Assembly (NCBI RefSeq): GCF_056746865.1
Contig: NZ_CM163382.1
Direction: 5' to 3' (one strand)
Length of the DNA: 64,000 nucleotides
The position numbers and the translations under genes were made by a program. The notes under the pieces were generated by a model that saw nothing but the letters and a program-made list of their open reading frames with translations, made no database searches and was not told the DNA's origin. Positions 43,992 through 56,130 of the stretch are shown piece by piece (within the stretch, counting starts at the first letter, position 1; every line of letters begins with the position of its first letter).

Positions 43992-44110
43992 TGCCTCACT
44001 CCTGCCGTGAAATTCATTGTTTTGATAATCGCTGGCAGAAGCATAAACAGAACTATGCCGGAAGGCAAAAGCGCGACACAATAGAGGATTACCCAACAAA
44101 GGATGACTTT

Positions 44111-44569
44111 ATGACAATTTGGGTGGATGCCGACGCGTGTCCCAATGTAATTAAAGAGATTTTGTATCGCGCGGCTGAACGTATGCAGTTGCCGCTGGTA
44201 CTGGTAGCAAACCAGAGTTTACGCGTGCCGCCATCGCGATTTATTCGTACGCTGCGCGTCGCGGCAGGTTTCGACGTTGCCGATAACGAAATTGTCCGGC
44301 AGTGTGAAGCGGGCGATTTGGTGATCACCGCAGATATTCCTTTGGCTGCTGAAGCCATCGAGAAAGGCGCGGCGGCGCTTAATCCACGCGGCGAACGTTA
44401 CACTCCAGCGACCATTCGTGAGCGTCTGACGATGCGCGATTTTATGGATACCTTACGCGCCAGTGGGATCCAGACCGGGGGACCAGATAGTCTTTCACAA
44501 CGTGACCGCCAGGCCTTTGCCGCGGAGCTGGAGAAGTGGTGGCTGGAAGTGCAACGTAGTCGTGGCTGA
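44111..44569 (+). CDS. yaiI: UPF0178 family protein YaiI
   Basis: [26 protein letters not shown], 152 aa, inside a longer track ORF. Confidence 0.85.
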   Translation: MTIWVDADACPNVIKEILYRAAERMQLPLVLVANQSLRVPPSRFIRTLRVAAGFDVADNEIVRQCEAGDLVITADIPLAAEAIEKGAAALNPRGERYTPATIRERLTMRDFMDTLRASGIQTGGPDSLSQRDRQAFAAELEKWWLEVQRSRG

Positions 44570-44570
44570 A

Positions 44571-44664
44571 TGTAATTTATTATTTACACTTCATTCTTGA
44601 ATATTTATTGGTATAGTAAGGGATGTATTAAAATTTTCACTTTAAGTGGAATTTTTTCTTTACA
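44571..44664 (+). promoter_or_regulatory. TyrR-box-like motifs in the aroL promoter region
   Basis: tgtaatttattatttaca (TGTAAA-N6-TTTACA type) plus two weaker copies (tgtattaaaattttcac, tggaattttttctttaca) upstream of aroL. Confidence 0.55.
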
Positions 44665-44751
44665 ATCGAAATTGTACTAGTTTGATGGTATGATCGCTAT
44701 TCTCATGACACCGGCTTTCGCCGCATTGCGACCTATTGGGGAAAACCCACG

Positions 44752-45276
44752 ATGACACAACCTCTTTTTCTGATCGGGCCTCGGGGCTGTGGTAAAACAA
44801 CGGTCGGAATGGCCCTTGCCGATTCGCTTAACCGTCGATTTGTCGATACCGACCAGTGGTTGCAATCACAGCTCAATATGACGGTCGCGGAGATCGTCGA
44901 AAGGGAAGAGTGGGCGGGATTCCGCGCCAGAGAAACGGCGGCGCTGGAAGCGGTAACTGCGCCATCCACCGTTATCGCTACGGGCGGCGGCATTATTCTG
45001 ACGGAATTTAATCGTCACTTTATGCAAAATAACGGGATCGTGGTTTATTTGTGTGCGCCAGTATCAGTCCTGGTTAACCGACTGCAAGCTGCACCGGAAG
45101 AAGATTTACGGCCAACCTTAACGGGGAAACCGCTGAGCGAAGAAGTTCAGGAAGTGCTGGAAGAACGCGATGCGCTATATCGCGAAGTTGCGCATATTAT
45201 CATCGACGCAACAAACGAACCCAGCCAGGTGATTTCTGAAATTCGCAGTGCCCTGGCACAGACGATCAATTGTTGA
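44752..45276 (+). CDS. aroL: shikimate kinase II
   Basis: 174 aa, Walker [12 protein letters not shown]. Confidence 0.93.
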
Positions 45277-45316
45277 TTTTCGAGCGCCTATACTTAACGT
45301 TCATCCCGTGAAATAA

Positions 45317-45517
<201 letters not shown>

Positions 45518-45774
45518 CCGCATCAGACTGCTCGGAAGGGATTCTGAGTGCCACCACAAGGGATCTGCGTCACATTTTTCACAATTCATGTTTTTCAAAT
45601 AATTAGAATATTAGACAATAACAATCCATTACTGGAATCATTTGGAATCTTTACATTATGCCGTGCAGGTCTGCTGCTACGCTTTTTGTCATTTGTAGCA
45701 CAGGTAAGTGTCAGCAGTGGTGCTTAGCGCTTGCCCGGTAATTAACGACGAAATAAAAGTAAGGTGGAAGAACA

Positions 45775-46452
45775 ATGAGTGCGTCGTTGGCGATCCTGAC
45801 CATCGGCATTGTACCTATGCAGGAAGTTTTGCCGCTCCTGACAGAATACATTGACGAAGATAATATTTCCCATCATAGCCTGCTGGGGAAGTTAAGTCGT
45901 GAAGAAGTGATGGCGGAGTACGCGCCAGAAGCAGGCGAAGACACCATTCTCACATTATTAAATGACAACCAGCTGGCCCATGTTTCGCGTCGTAAAGTGG
46001 AACGAGACCTGCAAGGTGTGGTTGAAGTGCTCGATAATCAGGGTTATGACGTCATTTTATTAATGAGTACAGCAAACATTAGTAGTATGACTGCGCGTAA
46101 TACGATCTTTCTTGAGCCGTCGCGGATATTGCCACCGCTGGTTTCCTCTATTGTTGAAGATCATCAGGTGGGGGTTATCGTACCGGTTGAGGAGTTGCTG
46201 ACCGTTCAGGCGCAAAAATGGCAAATTTTGCAGAAACCGCCAGTATTTTCATTGGGTAACCCCATTCATGATTCAGAACAAAAAATCATTGATGCCGGGA
46301 AAGAATTACTGGCAAAAGGGGCAGATGTCATCATGCTGGATTGTTTGGGATTTAACCAGCGTCATCGCGATTTACTGCAAAAACAGCTCGATGTTCCTGT
46401 CTTGCTCTCTAACGTATTGATTGCACGGCTGGCTGCGGAATTACTGGTGTAA
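45775..46452 (+). CDS. aroM: protein AroM
   Basis: 225 aa, downstream of aroL/yaiA. Confidence 0.85.
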   Translation: MSASLAILTIGIVPMQEVLPLLTEYIDEDNISHHSLLGKLSREEVMAEYAPEAGEDTILTLLNDNQLAHVSRRKVERDLQGVVEVLDNQGYDVILLMSTANISSMTARNTIFLEPSRILPPLVSSIVEDHQVGVIVPVEELLTVQAQKWQILQKPPVFSLGNPIHDSEQKIIDAGKELLAKGADVIMLDCLGFNQRHRDLLQKQLDVPVLLSNVLIARLAAELLV

Positions 46453-46523
46453 TTTTGCGTGACAGCCAGCGCCTCTGGCCCCTATAGTGAAGTAGATGTT
46501 CAACTACCAGACAGGGCCAGTTT

Positions 46524-46808
46524 ATGCTTCAAAGTAATGAGTACTTTTCCGGCAAAGTGAAATCGATCGGCTTTTCCAGCAGCAGCACTGGTCGCGCCAG
46601 CGTGGGTGTTATGGTTGAAGGCGAATACACCTTCAGCACCGCTGAGCCGGAAGAGATGACGGTAATCAGTGGCGCGCTGAATGTGTTACTGCCTGACGCG
46701 ACCGACTGGCAAGTGTATGAAGCCGGTTCGGTGTTTAATGTTCCCGGTCACAGTGAGTTTCATCTGCAAGTTGCCGAACCCACCTCTTATCTGTGCCGCT
46801 ATCTGTAA
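46524..46808 (+). CDS. ppnP: pyrimidine/purine nucleoside phosphorylase PpnP (YaiE)
   Basis: 94 aa, [17 protein letters not shown]... Confidence 0.88.
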
Positions 46809-46811
46809 TTC

Positions 46812-46850
46812 CTCGCCTTCCCCTTGAACGGGAGGGCATTTTTCTGAAAT
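46812..46850 (+). terminator. probable intrinsic terminator after ppnP
   Basis: gccttcccc / gggagggc imperfect hairpin followed by atttttct. Confidence 0.45.
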
Positions 46851-47015
46851 GTTCTCTCATAAACCCATAATAATATTTCCTTTGCTGCGATTTTTTCGAT
46901 TTCCGATATATTCATAATTCATCAAGGTTGATATAAATATCAGCGAAGATCTCCAGATATTGTTGCGGAACTGGCGACGATAAAAGATAAATCAGATGAT
47001 GAATGGTGGCGTGCA

Positions 47016-47297
47016 TTGCTGCAAAGTCGCAATGATCATTTGCGCCAAACGGCATTGCGCAACGCACATACCCCGGCGTCGTTGTTAACGGCATTGACTG
47101 AGCCTCAGGATCGGGCGTTGGTTATTAATAATCCACAGTTGGCTGCCGATGTGAAAACGATGTGGTTAAAAGATGATCCATCATTACTCTTATTTGTCGA
47201 TCAACCCGCTCTTTCGCAGTTACGGGATTTAGTGAAAACCGGGGCAACGCGGAAAATTCGCAGTGAAGCGCGTCACCGGCTTGAGGAAAAACAATGA
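47016..47297 (+). CDS. hypothetical small ORF in the ykiA position (possible gene remnant)
   Basis: 93-codon ORF with TTG start only; lies between ppnP and rdgC where K-12 annotates ykiA; coding status doubtful. Confidence 0.3.
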   Translation: MLQSRNDHLRQTALRNAHTPASLLTALTEPQDRALVINNPQLAADVKTMWLKDDPSLLLFVDQPALSQLRDLVKTGATRKIRSEARHRLEEKQ

Positions 47298-47402
47298 CAC
47301 AACGCCCATGGAGCAAGTTACAGCGTAAAACGCATAATATTGCTGCGCTAAAAATTATTGCCCGCCGTAGCGAATAATTATATGCCTGGTGTGGCTTCGT
47401 AC

Positions 47403-47435
47403 GCCGGATAAGACGCGGCAGGCGTCGCATCCGGC
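47403..47435. repeat. REP element upstream of the rdgC 3' end
   Basis: gccggataagacgcggcaggcgtcgcatccggc. Confidence 0.6.
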
Positions 47436-47454
47436 ATTAAAGGTAAATCAGCAA

Positions 47455-48366
47455 TTAACGTTGTGCTTCGCCACCTAATCCTTCAATCAGGTTTTGAATT
47501 AACGCTGCCAGTTCACCAGTCATCAGGATGAAATCGGCATCAAAACGCTGGGCGAAATCTTCACGGTCGATATCTTCGTTTTGATCGCGCAGCTCGTCGC
47601 AGAACTTCAGACGCTTGAGCGAACCATCGTCGCACATCACAAACTGAATGCGCTGCTGCCAGTCGAGCGCCAGTTTAGTCACCACTTTTCCGGCTTCAAT
47701 GTGATTGGTGATCTCTTCGCTGGTCAGATCTTGTTTCTTCGCGCGGATCACTCCACCATCTTCCAGCAGCGATTTCAGCTCGGCTTCATCAAGCAGCTGG
47801 AAGCCCTGTGCCGCGCTGCCGGAGCGTACCCATTCGGTCAGCGTCAGTTCAATCGGGTTTTCCATGCTCAATGGTACAACCGGTAACGACCCCAGGCTTT
47901 TACGCAGTAATGCCAGCGTATCTTCCGCTTTTTTGGCACTGGCGCAGTCCACCATAATCAAACCGTTAACCGTGTCGATCCACATCATTGTCTGGCTAAA
48001 ACGGCTGAAAGCACGTGGCAGCAGAGAGTGCAGCACTTCGTCTTTCAGCGAATCTTTTTCGGTTTTCTTCAGCTTACGCGCCTGTTCCGCTTCCAGTTTG
48101 GCGATTTTCGCTTCCAGCGCCTGTTTAATCACCGGAGACGGGAGGATTTTTTCTTCTTTGCGCGCGCAGATAACAATTTGACCATTGGCAACGTGCGTTA
48201 ACGCATCGCTGTGCGATCCCATCGGAGGAACCCAGCCCATCTTCGCCATGTCCTGGCTGCCGCATGGGGTAAATGCCATCGAGGCTAGCTGTTTTTCCAT
48301 CTCTTCTGCACGCAGCGAAATCTCGCGGCTAAGACGGTAAACCATTAAATTTTTGAACCACAGCAT
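47455..48366 (-). CDS. rdgC: recombination-associated protein RdgC
   Basis: [37 protein letters not shown] start, 303 aa. Confidence 0.92.
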
Positions 48367-48490
48367 GATAATTTCCACGGCCTTGTCGTTAAATTTAGCG
48401 GGCATGATAACGAATTGTCGGCGGCCTTGCATTGCCAATCCGGTTGTCCGTCTCTACGCTATTGATATTGAAAAAAATAAGGAGAGTACC

Positions 48491-49399
48491 GTGCGTATAG
48501 GTATCGATTTAGGCGGCACCAAAACTGAAGTGATTGCACTGGGCGATGCAGGGGAGCAGTTGTACCGCCATCGTCTGCCCACGCCGCGTGATGATTACCG
48601 CCAGACCATTGAAACGATCGCCACGCTGGTTGATATGGCGGAGCAGGCGACAGGGCAGCGCGGAACAGTAGGGATGGGCATTCCTGGCTCAATTTCGCCT
48701 TACACCGGCGTGGTGAAGAATGCCAATTCAACCTGGCTCAACGGTCAGCCATTCGATAAAGACTTAAGCGCGCGGTTGCAGCGGGAAGTGCGGCTGGCAA
48801 ATGACGCCAACTGTCTGGCGGTTTCAGAAGCAGTAGATGGCGCGGCAGCGGGAGCGCAGACGGTATTTGCCGTGATTATCGGCACGGGATGCGGCGCGGG
48901 CGTGGCATTCAATGGGCGGGCGCATATCGGCGGCAATGGCACGGCAGGTGAGTGGGGACACAATCCGCTACCGTGGATGGACGAAGACGAACTGCGTTAT
49001 CGCGAGGAAGTCCCTTGTTATTGCGGTAAACAAGGTTGTATTGAAACCTTTATTTCGGGCACGGGATTCGCGACGGATTATCGTCGTTTGAGCGGACATG
49101 CGCTGAAAGGCAGTGAAATTATCCGCCTGGTTGAAGAAAGCGATCCGGTAGCGGAACTGGCATTGCGTCGCTACGAGCTGCGGCTGGCAAAATCGCTGGC
49201 ACATGTCGTGAATATTCTCGATCCGGATGTGATTGTCCTGGGGGGCGGGATGAGCAATGTAGACCGTTTATATCAAACGGTTCCGCAGTTGATTAAACAA
49301 TTTGTCTTCGGCGGCGAATGTGAAACGCCGGTGCGTAAGGCGAAGCACGGTGATTCCAGCGGCGTACGCGGCGCTGCATGGTTATGGCCACAAGAGTAA
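48491..49399 (+). CDS. mak: fructokinase / manno(fructo)kinase (ROK family)
   Basis: GTG start, (M)[16 protein letters not shown] sugar-kinase motif, zinc-binding CYCGKQGC, 302 aa. Confidence 0.9.
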   Translation: MRIGIDLGGTKTEVIALGDAGEQLYRHRLPTPRDDYRQTIETIATLVDMAEQATGQRGTVGMGIPGSISPYTGVVKNANSTWLNGQPFDKDLSARLQREVRLANDANCLAVSEAVDGAAAGAQTVFAVIIGTGCGAGVAFNGRAHIGGNGTAGEWGHNPLPWMDEDELRYREEVPCYCGKQGCIETFISGTGFATDYRRLSGHALKGSEIIRLVEESDPVAELALRRYELRLAKSLAHVVNILDPDVIVLGGGMSNVDRLYQTVPQLIKQFVFGGECETPVRKAKHGDSSGVRGAAWLWPQE

Positions 49400-49424
49400 A
49401 AAACGTAGGCAATTGGCTCATCAT

Positions 49425-49514
49425 GCCTGATGCGACGCTTGCCGCGTCTTATCAGGCCTGCAAAATGTGCCAGAACCGCGTAGGGCGGATAAGGCGTTCA
49501 CGCCGCATCCGGCA
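49425..49514. repeat. pair of REP elements between mak and araJ
   Basis: gcctgatgcgacgcttgccgcgtcttatcaggcc and gtagggcggataaggcgttcacgccgcatccggca. Confidence 0.6.
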
Positions 49515-49541
49515 ATAAGCAACGTGCTCCGTGACTGCAAT

Positions 49542-50726
49542 CTACCCCACTGGTTTCGCCAGCACCGGACTATCCGCCGCTTGCTGGCGCTTATAGCGAC
49601 CATACAGCAGCAACGACGACATCGCAGCAAACGAAAGCAGGGCGGCAGGTAGCGCCACGTAATTATATGCCAGCCCCAGCGTCAGCATCATACCACCGCA
49701 ATATGCGCCGACGGCGCTACCGAGGTTAAACGCTATTTGCCCACCTGCGGCACCTAATAACTCTCCGCCTTTGGCATTTTGCAGTAACAATATTTGCAGT
49801 GGTGCTGAAAGGGCAAATAATCCCGCGCAACAAAAAAATGCAAAAATAAGCGACGTTGTTTTCATGCCGCCGAAGAAAAAGAGCATCAGCAGTGCCAGCA
49901 CAATAATAAAGTCAGTTACTGCCGCAATGCGCAGTGGTGAATAACGTCCTGAAATCCGGCCACTTAGCACATTCCCCAGCACCATCCCTAGCCCAACTAA
50001 CATCATAATAAAAGTCATCGCCGTTTCCGAAAAACCGGAAATAAACATCATGTATGGCTTTACGTAGCTGAACCAGGCAAATACACCTGCGTTGCCAAAC
50101 ATGGTGGCGGCGAAAATTAACCACGGGGCCGGGCTGCGCAAAAAGTGAAATTGTTCGCGTAGCTTCCCTTTCGCCTCGTCGCGAATATCCGGCACCCAAA
50201 AATAGACCGATGCCATCACCGCAATATTAAAAACAGCGATCAATAAAAAGGTGTAACGCCAGCTAAATTCCTGACTTAAATACGTTCCCAGCGGAATGCC
50301 CAGCAAATTGGCGACTGTCATCCCGGAAACCATCCCCGCCACGGCGGCGGTGACTTTGCCGGGTTTGATAATTTTCGATAACACGATCGCGCCGACGCCA
50401 AAAAATGCACCATGCGGAAAGCCGGAAACCAGCCGACCAATGGCGAGCATCAGGTAAGACGAAGAGAGCGTGAACATGGCGTTGCCAATGACGCACAACG
50501 CCACCAGAAACAATAAGATATGTTTGAGTGAGTAGCGGCTGGAAAAGAGTGCGATGATTGGCGCACCGACCACCACCCCCAGCGCATAATACGAGATCAT
50601 ATGCCCGGCAGCAGGAATTGAAATTCCTACGTTATGCGCCAGCTCCGTGAGCACGCCCATAATGCCAAATTCGGCCATCCCCAAACCAAACGTGCCCAGA
50701 GCCAAAGATAAAATAACTTTTTTCAT
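49542..50726 (-). CDS. araJ: MFS transporter AraJ
   Basis: MKKVILSLALGTFGLGMAEFGIMGVL start (394 aa) inside a longer track ORF. Confidence 0.88.
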   Translation of the reverse strand: MKKVILSLALGTFGLGMAEFGIMGVLTELAHNVGISIPAAGHMISYYALGVVVGAPIIALFSSRYSLKHILLFLVALCVIGNAMFTLSSSYLMLAIGRLVSGFPHGAFFGVGAIVLSKIIKPGKVTAAVAGMVSGMTVANLLGIPLGTYLSQEFSWRYTFLLIAVFNIAVMASVYFWVPDIRDEAKGKLREQFHFLRSPAPWLIFAATMFGNAGVFAWFSYVKPYMMFISGFSETAMTFIMMLVGLGMVLGNVLSGRISGRYSPLRIAAVTDFIIVLALLMLFFFGGMKTTSLIFAFFCCAGLFALSAPLQILLLQNAKGGELLGAAGGQIAFNLGSAVGAYCGGMMLTLGLAYNYVALPAALLSFAAMSSLLLYGRYKRQQAADSPVLAKPVG

Positions 50727-50851
50727 ACCACCATCACAACCACCAGAACGGCTACTAATCACCGTAGCCAATAAAGTGATAGCTTGCAGGATAACGACCA
50801 GCGAGGCCAAGAGATAATTCGCCCCTCTGTATTCATTATCCTGCTGAATAG

Positions 50852-53800
50852 TTATTTCACTGCAAACACACTTTCCAGTTTGCTGTAGCCCAGTCCATTG
50901 ATCTTCTTCACTTTGATCTGCACCGGAATACGCTCTTTCATCGCTTCAACGTGGCTAATCACACCGATGGTTTTGCCGCTGGCATTCAGGGCATCCAGCG
51001 CATCAAGGGCGGTATCCAGCGTTTCACTATCCAGTGTGCCAAAACCTTCATCAAGGAACAGCGAGTCAATACGCGTTTTATGGCTGACCAGATCCGAAAG
51101 CGCCAGCGCCAGCGCCAGACTGACGAGGAAACTTTCGCCGCCAGAAAGGGTACGGGTGTCGCGTACCGCATCTGCCTGCCAGGTATCAACAACCTCGACT
51201 TCCAGCGCCTCGCTGGCTTTGCGCTGTAACAGATAGCGCCCGTGCAGCCGGGTAAGTTGCTGATTAGCGAGATGGACTAAATTATCCAGCGTCAGCCCCT
51301 GGGCAAACTTGCGGAATTTATCGCCCTCTTTGGAACCTATTAGCGAATTCAGATATCCCCAGTCCTCAACCTGCTGCGTCATTTGAGCAATTTGCTGCAG
51401 TAAGGTTTGTTGTTGCTGACGGTTATCTGCATCCTGCTTCAGCTGCTGGCGAATCTCGCCCTGACTGGTGGTGTTTTCACGCAACTTTTGCTGAGTTTGC
51501 GCTAACTCTTGCTGAATCTGCTCCACCGTTACAGTGAGAGCCAACCCGCCAGGTCGGTGTTGCTGATGCTGTGTCAGCGTTTCTGCTGTCTGAATGGCCA
51601 ACGCTTGCGCCTGACGACGCTGGTTTTCCAGATTCTGTTTCAGCTGTTCCAGCTGCGTTAGCGTCTGCTCATCCATTAACGCCGCAAGAAATGCCTGCTG
51701 ATCGTCAAAAATGCTGTCCTGTAGCGCGGTGTCAAACTGCGCCTGGGCTTTTTGCAGACTTTGCGCTGCCAGAGCCTCCTGTTGCTGCAACGTTTGCTGC
51801 TGGCTTTGCAACGCGAGGCATTGTTCGTGAACTTGCCGCCAGTTTTCCAGCGCTACAGTTTCTTCGCTGTGCGGGAGTTCATCACTTTGCGGCAACGTTT
51901 CCAGAATCGGCGTCAGTTGCTGAATACAGTTTTGCAGCGCGGTTAATTCGTTCTGGCGATGCTGCCAGCTCTGCGCTTCTTGCTGACGCGTCGCCAACCA
52001 GCTCTCTTCTTCATCTTCCTGTGGCAATGTCAGCGCATAACCCGCCAATGCCGTTAAGAGCTGCTGCTGGCGTTGTTCAATTTGCTGTTGATACTGGATA
52101 ATTTGCTGATTATGCGCGGCAATCTGCCCTTGTAATTCATGCCGTTGGCTGAGTAACCGCAGCTGGCGTTCGTGCTCATCTTGTGCATCCAGCCACGGTT
52201 GAATATCGTCCTGTGGCTGCAAGGTGATATTGAGGCTGGCCGTGACGGCTTGCCATTGTTGAGTAAGTGCTTGCTCATCTTGTCGGAGGCTTTGCGCTTC
52301 GTTTTCATCACGCTGAAGTTGCTTTGTTAAGGCGTCCAGTTGCCCACGTAGCGTCGCACCTTCTTCACCGAGCTTTTTAACTTCGTTTTCCAGCGCCAGT
52401 AATCGAGACTGATTAACGCCAGGCTCCAGCGCCTGATACGCCTCGACCGCCGGGTGGCTGGTGGAACCACAAAGTGGACAAGGCTGACCCGCCTGTAACT
52501 GTGCACGTTGAGCTTCCAGCGTTTTGATGCGCGCTTCCTGCTCGCAAATGGTTTTCACATCGGCAAGTTGCTGCGTCTTTTCTTTATAACGCTGGCGCAT
52601 TTCGTTAAGTGCGGCGTTACGTTGCGTCTGTTCTTGCGTGACATTCTGGATAGTGACCTGTAATTGCGCCAGGCGTTTTTGTTGGGGAACAATCTGTCCA
52701 TGCAGCGCGACCAGGCGCTGACGCAGTGGGCGTTGCTCAGCATGTTGCGCCAGGGCGCTAGCAACTTCATCGGCGGTTAACGTCAACGTGATCGCCGCAA
52801 GCGCATTAAGTTTTTGCTCTGCATGGGTTAACTGTTGCTGCCATTGCCGCAGATGCTCGCGATCGCTGGTTTGTTGGGAGAACTGCGCACGCCAACCCGC
52901 CAGTTCGTTGTTCCACTGACGGAAGCGGTCGTGTTCCTGTAACCAGGTATTCAGGCTTTGTTGCTGCTGCTGTAATTCTGCTGACTGCTTCGCCGCGTGG
53001 TGGCGAATGCTCGCGCGAAGCGCCATTGTGCTCTGTAAGCGAGTATTTACTTCTTCAATCTGCTGGCGAGTATGCGCCAGCGCCGCGCTGTGTTCTGCGA
53101 TGCGTTCCCAGTGCGGACGAAGATTTCGTGCCGGTTGTGCCAGACTGAGCGCCGCCAGTTGAGGTTGCGCTTTTTCTTCTTCGGCTAACGCCTGTTGCAA
53201 GGCCTGTTGACGGCGGCTGGCTTCTTGCTGCAATTCGTCCAGACGCGTTAACCAGTTTAGTGATTGTTGTTCTTGCTGCTGCGCGGTAAGTAACTGTTTT
53301 TCTTCGTCAGTAAGTACCTGCAAACTCGCTGTCAGCGATTGCACTTGTTCTGGCGTGAGCAACGCGACGCCGCTGGCCTGCGCTTGCAGCTTCTCCAGCT
53401 CTGTGCGGGCCGATTTGTGCTGCTCAAAAACCATCGCCGAGATTTGCCCGTAGATTTCAGTGCCGGTTAACTCCTCGAGCAATTCCGCGCGTTCTTTGGG
53501 TTTGGCATTCAGGAAGGCAGCAAATTGCCCCTGCGAAAGCAGCATCGAACGGGTGAAGCGCCCGTAATCCAGTCCGGTTAACGTCGCCGTCAGTTCCAGC
53601 TTATCTTTCACTTTGTCGGCGAGAATTTTGCCATCGGCACAGCGCGCCAGCTCAACGCGTGGCACCTGCAAATTACCGTCCGGCTGGTTACGCGCCCGAT
53701 TCTGGCTCCAGAATGCACGGTACGCTTCACCTTTGACTTCAAACTCCACTTCCGCCAGACATTCGGCGGTATCGCGGGTCATGAGATCATTTTGCGATTG

Positions 53801-53995
53801 TGAAACGTTAGAAAGGCGCGGAGTTTCGTGATACAGCGCCAGACAAATGGCGTCCAGCAGGGTGGTTTTCCCCGCACCGGTTGGGCCGGTAATGGCAAAC
53901 AGCCCGTTGCTGGCGAACGGCTCGCGGGTGAAATCAATCTTCCATTCGCCTTTTAATGAGTTCAGGTTTTTCAGGCGCAGGCTGAGAATTTTCAT
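50852..53995 (-). CDS. sbcC: SbcCD nuclease ATPase subunit (SMC-like)
   Basis: 1047 aa, N-terminal Walker [10 protein letters not shown], long Q/L-rich coiled coil with CPLCGS zinc hook, C-terminal signature/Walker B. Confidence 0.95.
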   Translation of the reverse strand: MKILSLRLKNLNSLKGEWKIDFTREPFASNGLFAITGPTGAGKTTLLDAICLALYHETPRLSNVSQSQNDLMTRDTAECLAEVEFEVKGEAYRAFWSQNRARNQPDGNLQVPRVELARCADGKILADKVKDKLELTATLTGLDYGRFTRSMLLSQGQFAAFLNAKPKERAELLEELTGTEIYGQISAMVFEQHKSARTELEKLQAQASGVALLTPEQVQSLTASLQVLTDEEKQLLTAQQQEQQSLNWLTRLDELQQEASRRQQALQQALAEEEKAQPQLAALSLAQPARNLRPHWERIAEHSAALAHTRQQIEEVNTRLQSTMALRASIRHHAAKQSAELQQQQQSLNTWLQEHDRFRQWNNELAGWRAQFSQQTSDREHLRQWQQQLTHAEQKLNALAAITLTLTADEVASALAQHAEQRPLRQRLVALHGQIVPQQKRLAQLQVTIQNVTQEQTQRNAALNEMRQRYKEKTQQLADVKTICEQEARIKTLEAQRAQLQAGQPCPLCGSTSHPAVEAYQALEPGVNQSRLLALENEVKKLGEEGATLRGQLDALTKQLQRDENEAQSLRQDEQALTQQWQAVTASLNITLQPQDDIQPWLDAQDEHERQLRLLSQRHELQGQIAAHNQQIIQYQQQIEQRQQQLLTALAGYALTLPQEDEEESWLATRQQEAQSWQHRQNELTALQNCIQQLTPILETLPQSDELPHSEETVALENWRQVHEQCLALQSQQQTLQQQEALAAQSLQKAQAQFDTALQDSIFDDQQAFLAALMDEQTLTQLEQLKQNLENQRRQAQALAIQTAETLTQHQQHRPGGLALTVTVEQIQQELAQTQQKLRENTTSQGEIRQQLKQDADNRQQQQTLLQQIAQMTQQVEDWGYLNSLIGSKEGDKFRKFAQGLTLDNLVHLANQQLTRLHGRYLLQRKASEALEVEVVDTWQADAVRDTRTLSGGESFLVSLALALALSDLVSHKTRIDSLFLDEGFGTLDSETLDTALDALDALNASGKTIGVISHVEAMKERIPVQIKVKKINGLGYSKLESVFAVK

Positions 53996-55194
53996 GCTTC
54001 GTGTTCTCCGGCGAGGGTATGCAACGTCGTGGTGAAAAGATGCTGCAGACGTTGCTGCTGCGATTCATCCAGTTCTTCCAGTGCCAGACGGCGATTGAAC
54101 ACCTCTTCGACGCTGAGTTCGCTGAGGGTTTCACGCTGTTGGCTGGCTAACACTCGCTCGCGCTGTTCACGACTCCGGCGTACCAGCAATACTTCGACAG
54201 GCAATGATTCGGTTAATGCCTGGATTTTGCGCTGAATATCATGCAGATACTCATCAGTAGTGATTTCGATATCCAGCCAGACAGGTGGCTCCTGTGATAC
54301 ATCGCGCCACTGTTCCAGCTGTTCGGTAATCGACGCCAGATCGCCTTTCAGCACCGCCATGGGTTGCGTTACCGGTACGTTCAGGTTTTCCACGCTCTCT
54401 AATTTGCCGTTTGAAAATGTCACCAGATGGACATATTTACTCTTACCGCATTCATCAAAACTCAGTGGTATGGGGGAACCGCAATAGCGAACATGTTCCA
54501 TGCCGCCAATAATCTGCGCGCGGTGAATATGCCCGAGCGCGATGTAGTCGGCTGGTGGAAAGTTTTGTGCCGGAAACGCGTCCAGCGTGCCAATATAAAT
54601 GTCACGCACGGCGTCACTTTTACTGGCACCCACGGTCGTTAAATGTCCCGTGGCGATGATGGGCAGAGGCTGATCGCCGCGCAGTTTGCAGGCATCGGCA
54701 TAATGTTGTTGATAATAATCAGTAATAGCCGCCAGCAAATGCTGCTGTTTTTCAATACCGTTAAGCCCCGCCTGGCTGGTAATAATGTCACGCGGACGTA
54801 AAAACGGAATAGGGCACAGCACTGCGCCTGGCGTCCCGTCGCGACGAGGCAAGATTTGCGGCGCATGTCCGGCGCTGGCGACCACGGTCGTATTGAGGAA
54901 CGCCATGATATCGCGCGATTCATTCAGCGTGGCGACCGAGTCATGGTTTCCTGCCAGTACCACCAGATGACAGCCAGTTTGCTGTAAATTGACAACAAAA
55001 CGGTTGTATAACGTGCGGGCGTAACTGGGGGGCGAGCCGGTATCGAAAACATCACCGGCAACAATAATCGCATCCACCTGATGGGTTTGTGCTGTCTCCA
55101 GCAGCCAGTCAAGAAAAGCCTGATGTTCAGCTTCGCGGCTTTTACTGTAGAAGTTCTGGCCGAGATGCCAGTCTGAGGTGTGAAGGATGCGCAT
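53992..55194 (-). CDS. sbcD: SbcCD nuclease subunit (Mre11-like phosphoesterase)
   Basis: [16 protein letters not shown] start, 400 aa, 4-bp overlap with sbcC. Confidence 0.94.
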   Translation of the reverse strand: MRILHTSDWHLGQNFYSKSREAEHQAFLDWLLETAQTHQVDAIIVAGDVFDTGSPPSYARTLYNRFVVNLQQTGCHLVVLAGNHDSVATLNESRDIMAFLNTTVVASAGHAPQILPRRDGTPGAVLCPIPFLRPRDIITSQAGLNGIEKQQHLLAAITDYYQQHYADACKLRGDQPLPIIATGHLTTVGASKSDAVRDIYIGTLDAFPAQNFPPADYIALGHIHRAQIIGGMEHVRYCGSPIPLSFDECGKSKYVHLVTFSNGKLESVENLNVPVTQPMAVLKGDLASITEQLEQWRDVSQEPPVWLDIEITTDEYLHDIQRKIQALTESLPVEVLLVRRSREQRERVLASQQRETLSELSVEEVFNRRLALEELDESQQQRLQHLFTTTLHTLAGEHEA

Positions 55195-55303
55195 AACGGT
55201 TCCCTGGCGAAAAAGCATGGGCGCGATTATACCCAAACAGATGTGCCATTTGCTTTTTTCTGCGCCACGGAAATCAATAACCTGAAGATATGTGCGACGA
55301 GCT

Positions 55304-55328
55304 TTTCATAAATCTGTCATAAATCTGA
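55304..55328 (+). promoter_or_regulatory. pho box upstream of phoB
   Basis: ttttcataaatctgtcataaatctgac direct repeats followed by cataat -10-like hexamer. Confidence 0.75.
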
Positions 55329-55383
55329 CGCATAATGACGTCGCATTAATGATCGCAACCTATTTATTACAACAGGGCAAATC

Positions 55384-56073
55384 ATGGCGAGACGTATTCT
55401 GGTCGTAGAAGATGAAGCACCAATTCGCGAAATGGTCTGCTTCGTGCTCGAACAAAATGGCTTTCAGCCGGTCGAAGCGGAAGATTATGACAGTGCTGTG
55501 AATCAACTGAATGAACCCTGGCCGGATTTAATTCTCCTTGACTGGATGTTACCTGGCGGCTCCGGTATCCAGTTCATCAAACACCTCAAGCGCGAGTCGA
55601 TGACCCGGGATATTCCAGTGGTGATGTTGACCGCCAGAGGGGAAGAAGAAGATCGCGTGCGCGGCCTTGAAACCGGTGCGGATGACTATATCACCAAGCC
55701 GTTTTCGCCGAAGGAGCTGGTGGCGCGAATCAAAGCGGTAATGCGCCGTATTTCGCCAATGGCGGTGGAAGAGGTGATCGAGATGCAGGGGCTAAGTCTC
55801 GACCCGACATCCCACCGGGTGATGGCGGGCGAAGAGCCGCTGGAGATGGGGCCGACAGAATTTAAACTGCTGCACTTTTTTATGACGCATCCTGAGCGCG
55901 TGTACAGCCGCGAGCAGCTGTTAAACCACGTCTGGGGAACCAACGTGTATGTGGAAGACCGCACGGTCGATGTCCACATTCGTCGCCTGCGTAAAGCACT
56001 GGAGCCCGGTGGGCATGACCGCATGGTGCAGACCGTGCGCGGTACAGGATATCGTTTTTCAACCCGCTTTTAA
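55384..56073 (+). CDS. phoB: phosphate regulon response regulator
   Basis: 229 aa, receiver domain ([11 protein letters not shown]) plus winged-helix output. Confidence 0.96.
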
Positions 56074-56130
56074 CGCCTTGCTCATCGGACGCAGAGCAGG
56101 GCTTATGATTTCTTAACTGGAGTATCTTAC

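Noticed and set aside
43182-44099. N-terminally extended track ORFs (proC 305 aa, hemB 361 aa, mhpR 315 aa, rdgC 327 aa, araJ 422 aa, sbcD 414 aa, mak 348 aa, yaiI 192 aa, yaiZ 114 aa, tauA 339 aa, psiF 112 aa)
   Set aside because: These are the longest possible ORFs; internal starts reproduce the canonical protein lengths and N-termini I recognise, so the extensions are treated as non-coding.
50898-52101. Several plus-strand ORFs (112, 92, 176, 64 aa) inside sbcC
   Set aside because: All antisense to the 1047-aa sbcC frame; Ala/Ser/Leu-rich shadow frames of the coiled-coil coding region.
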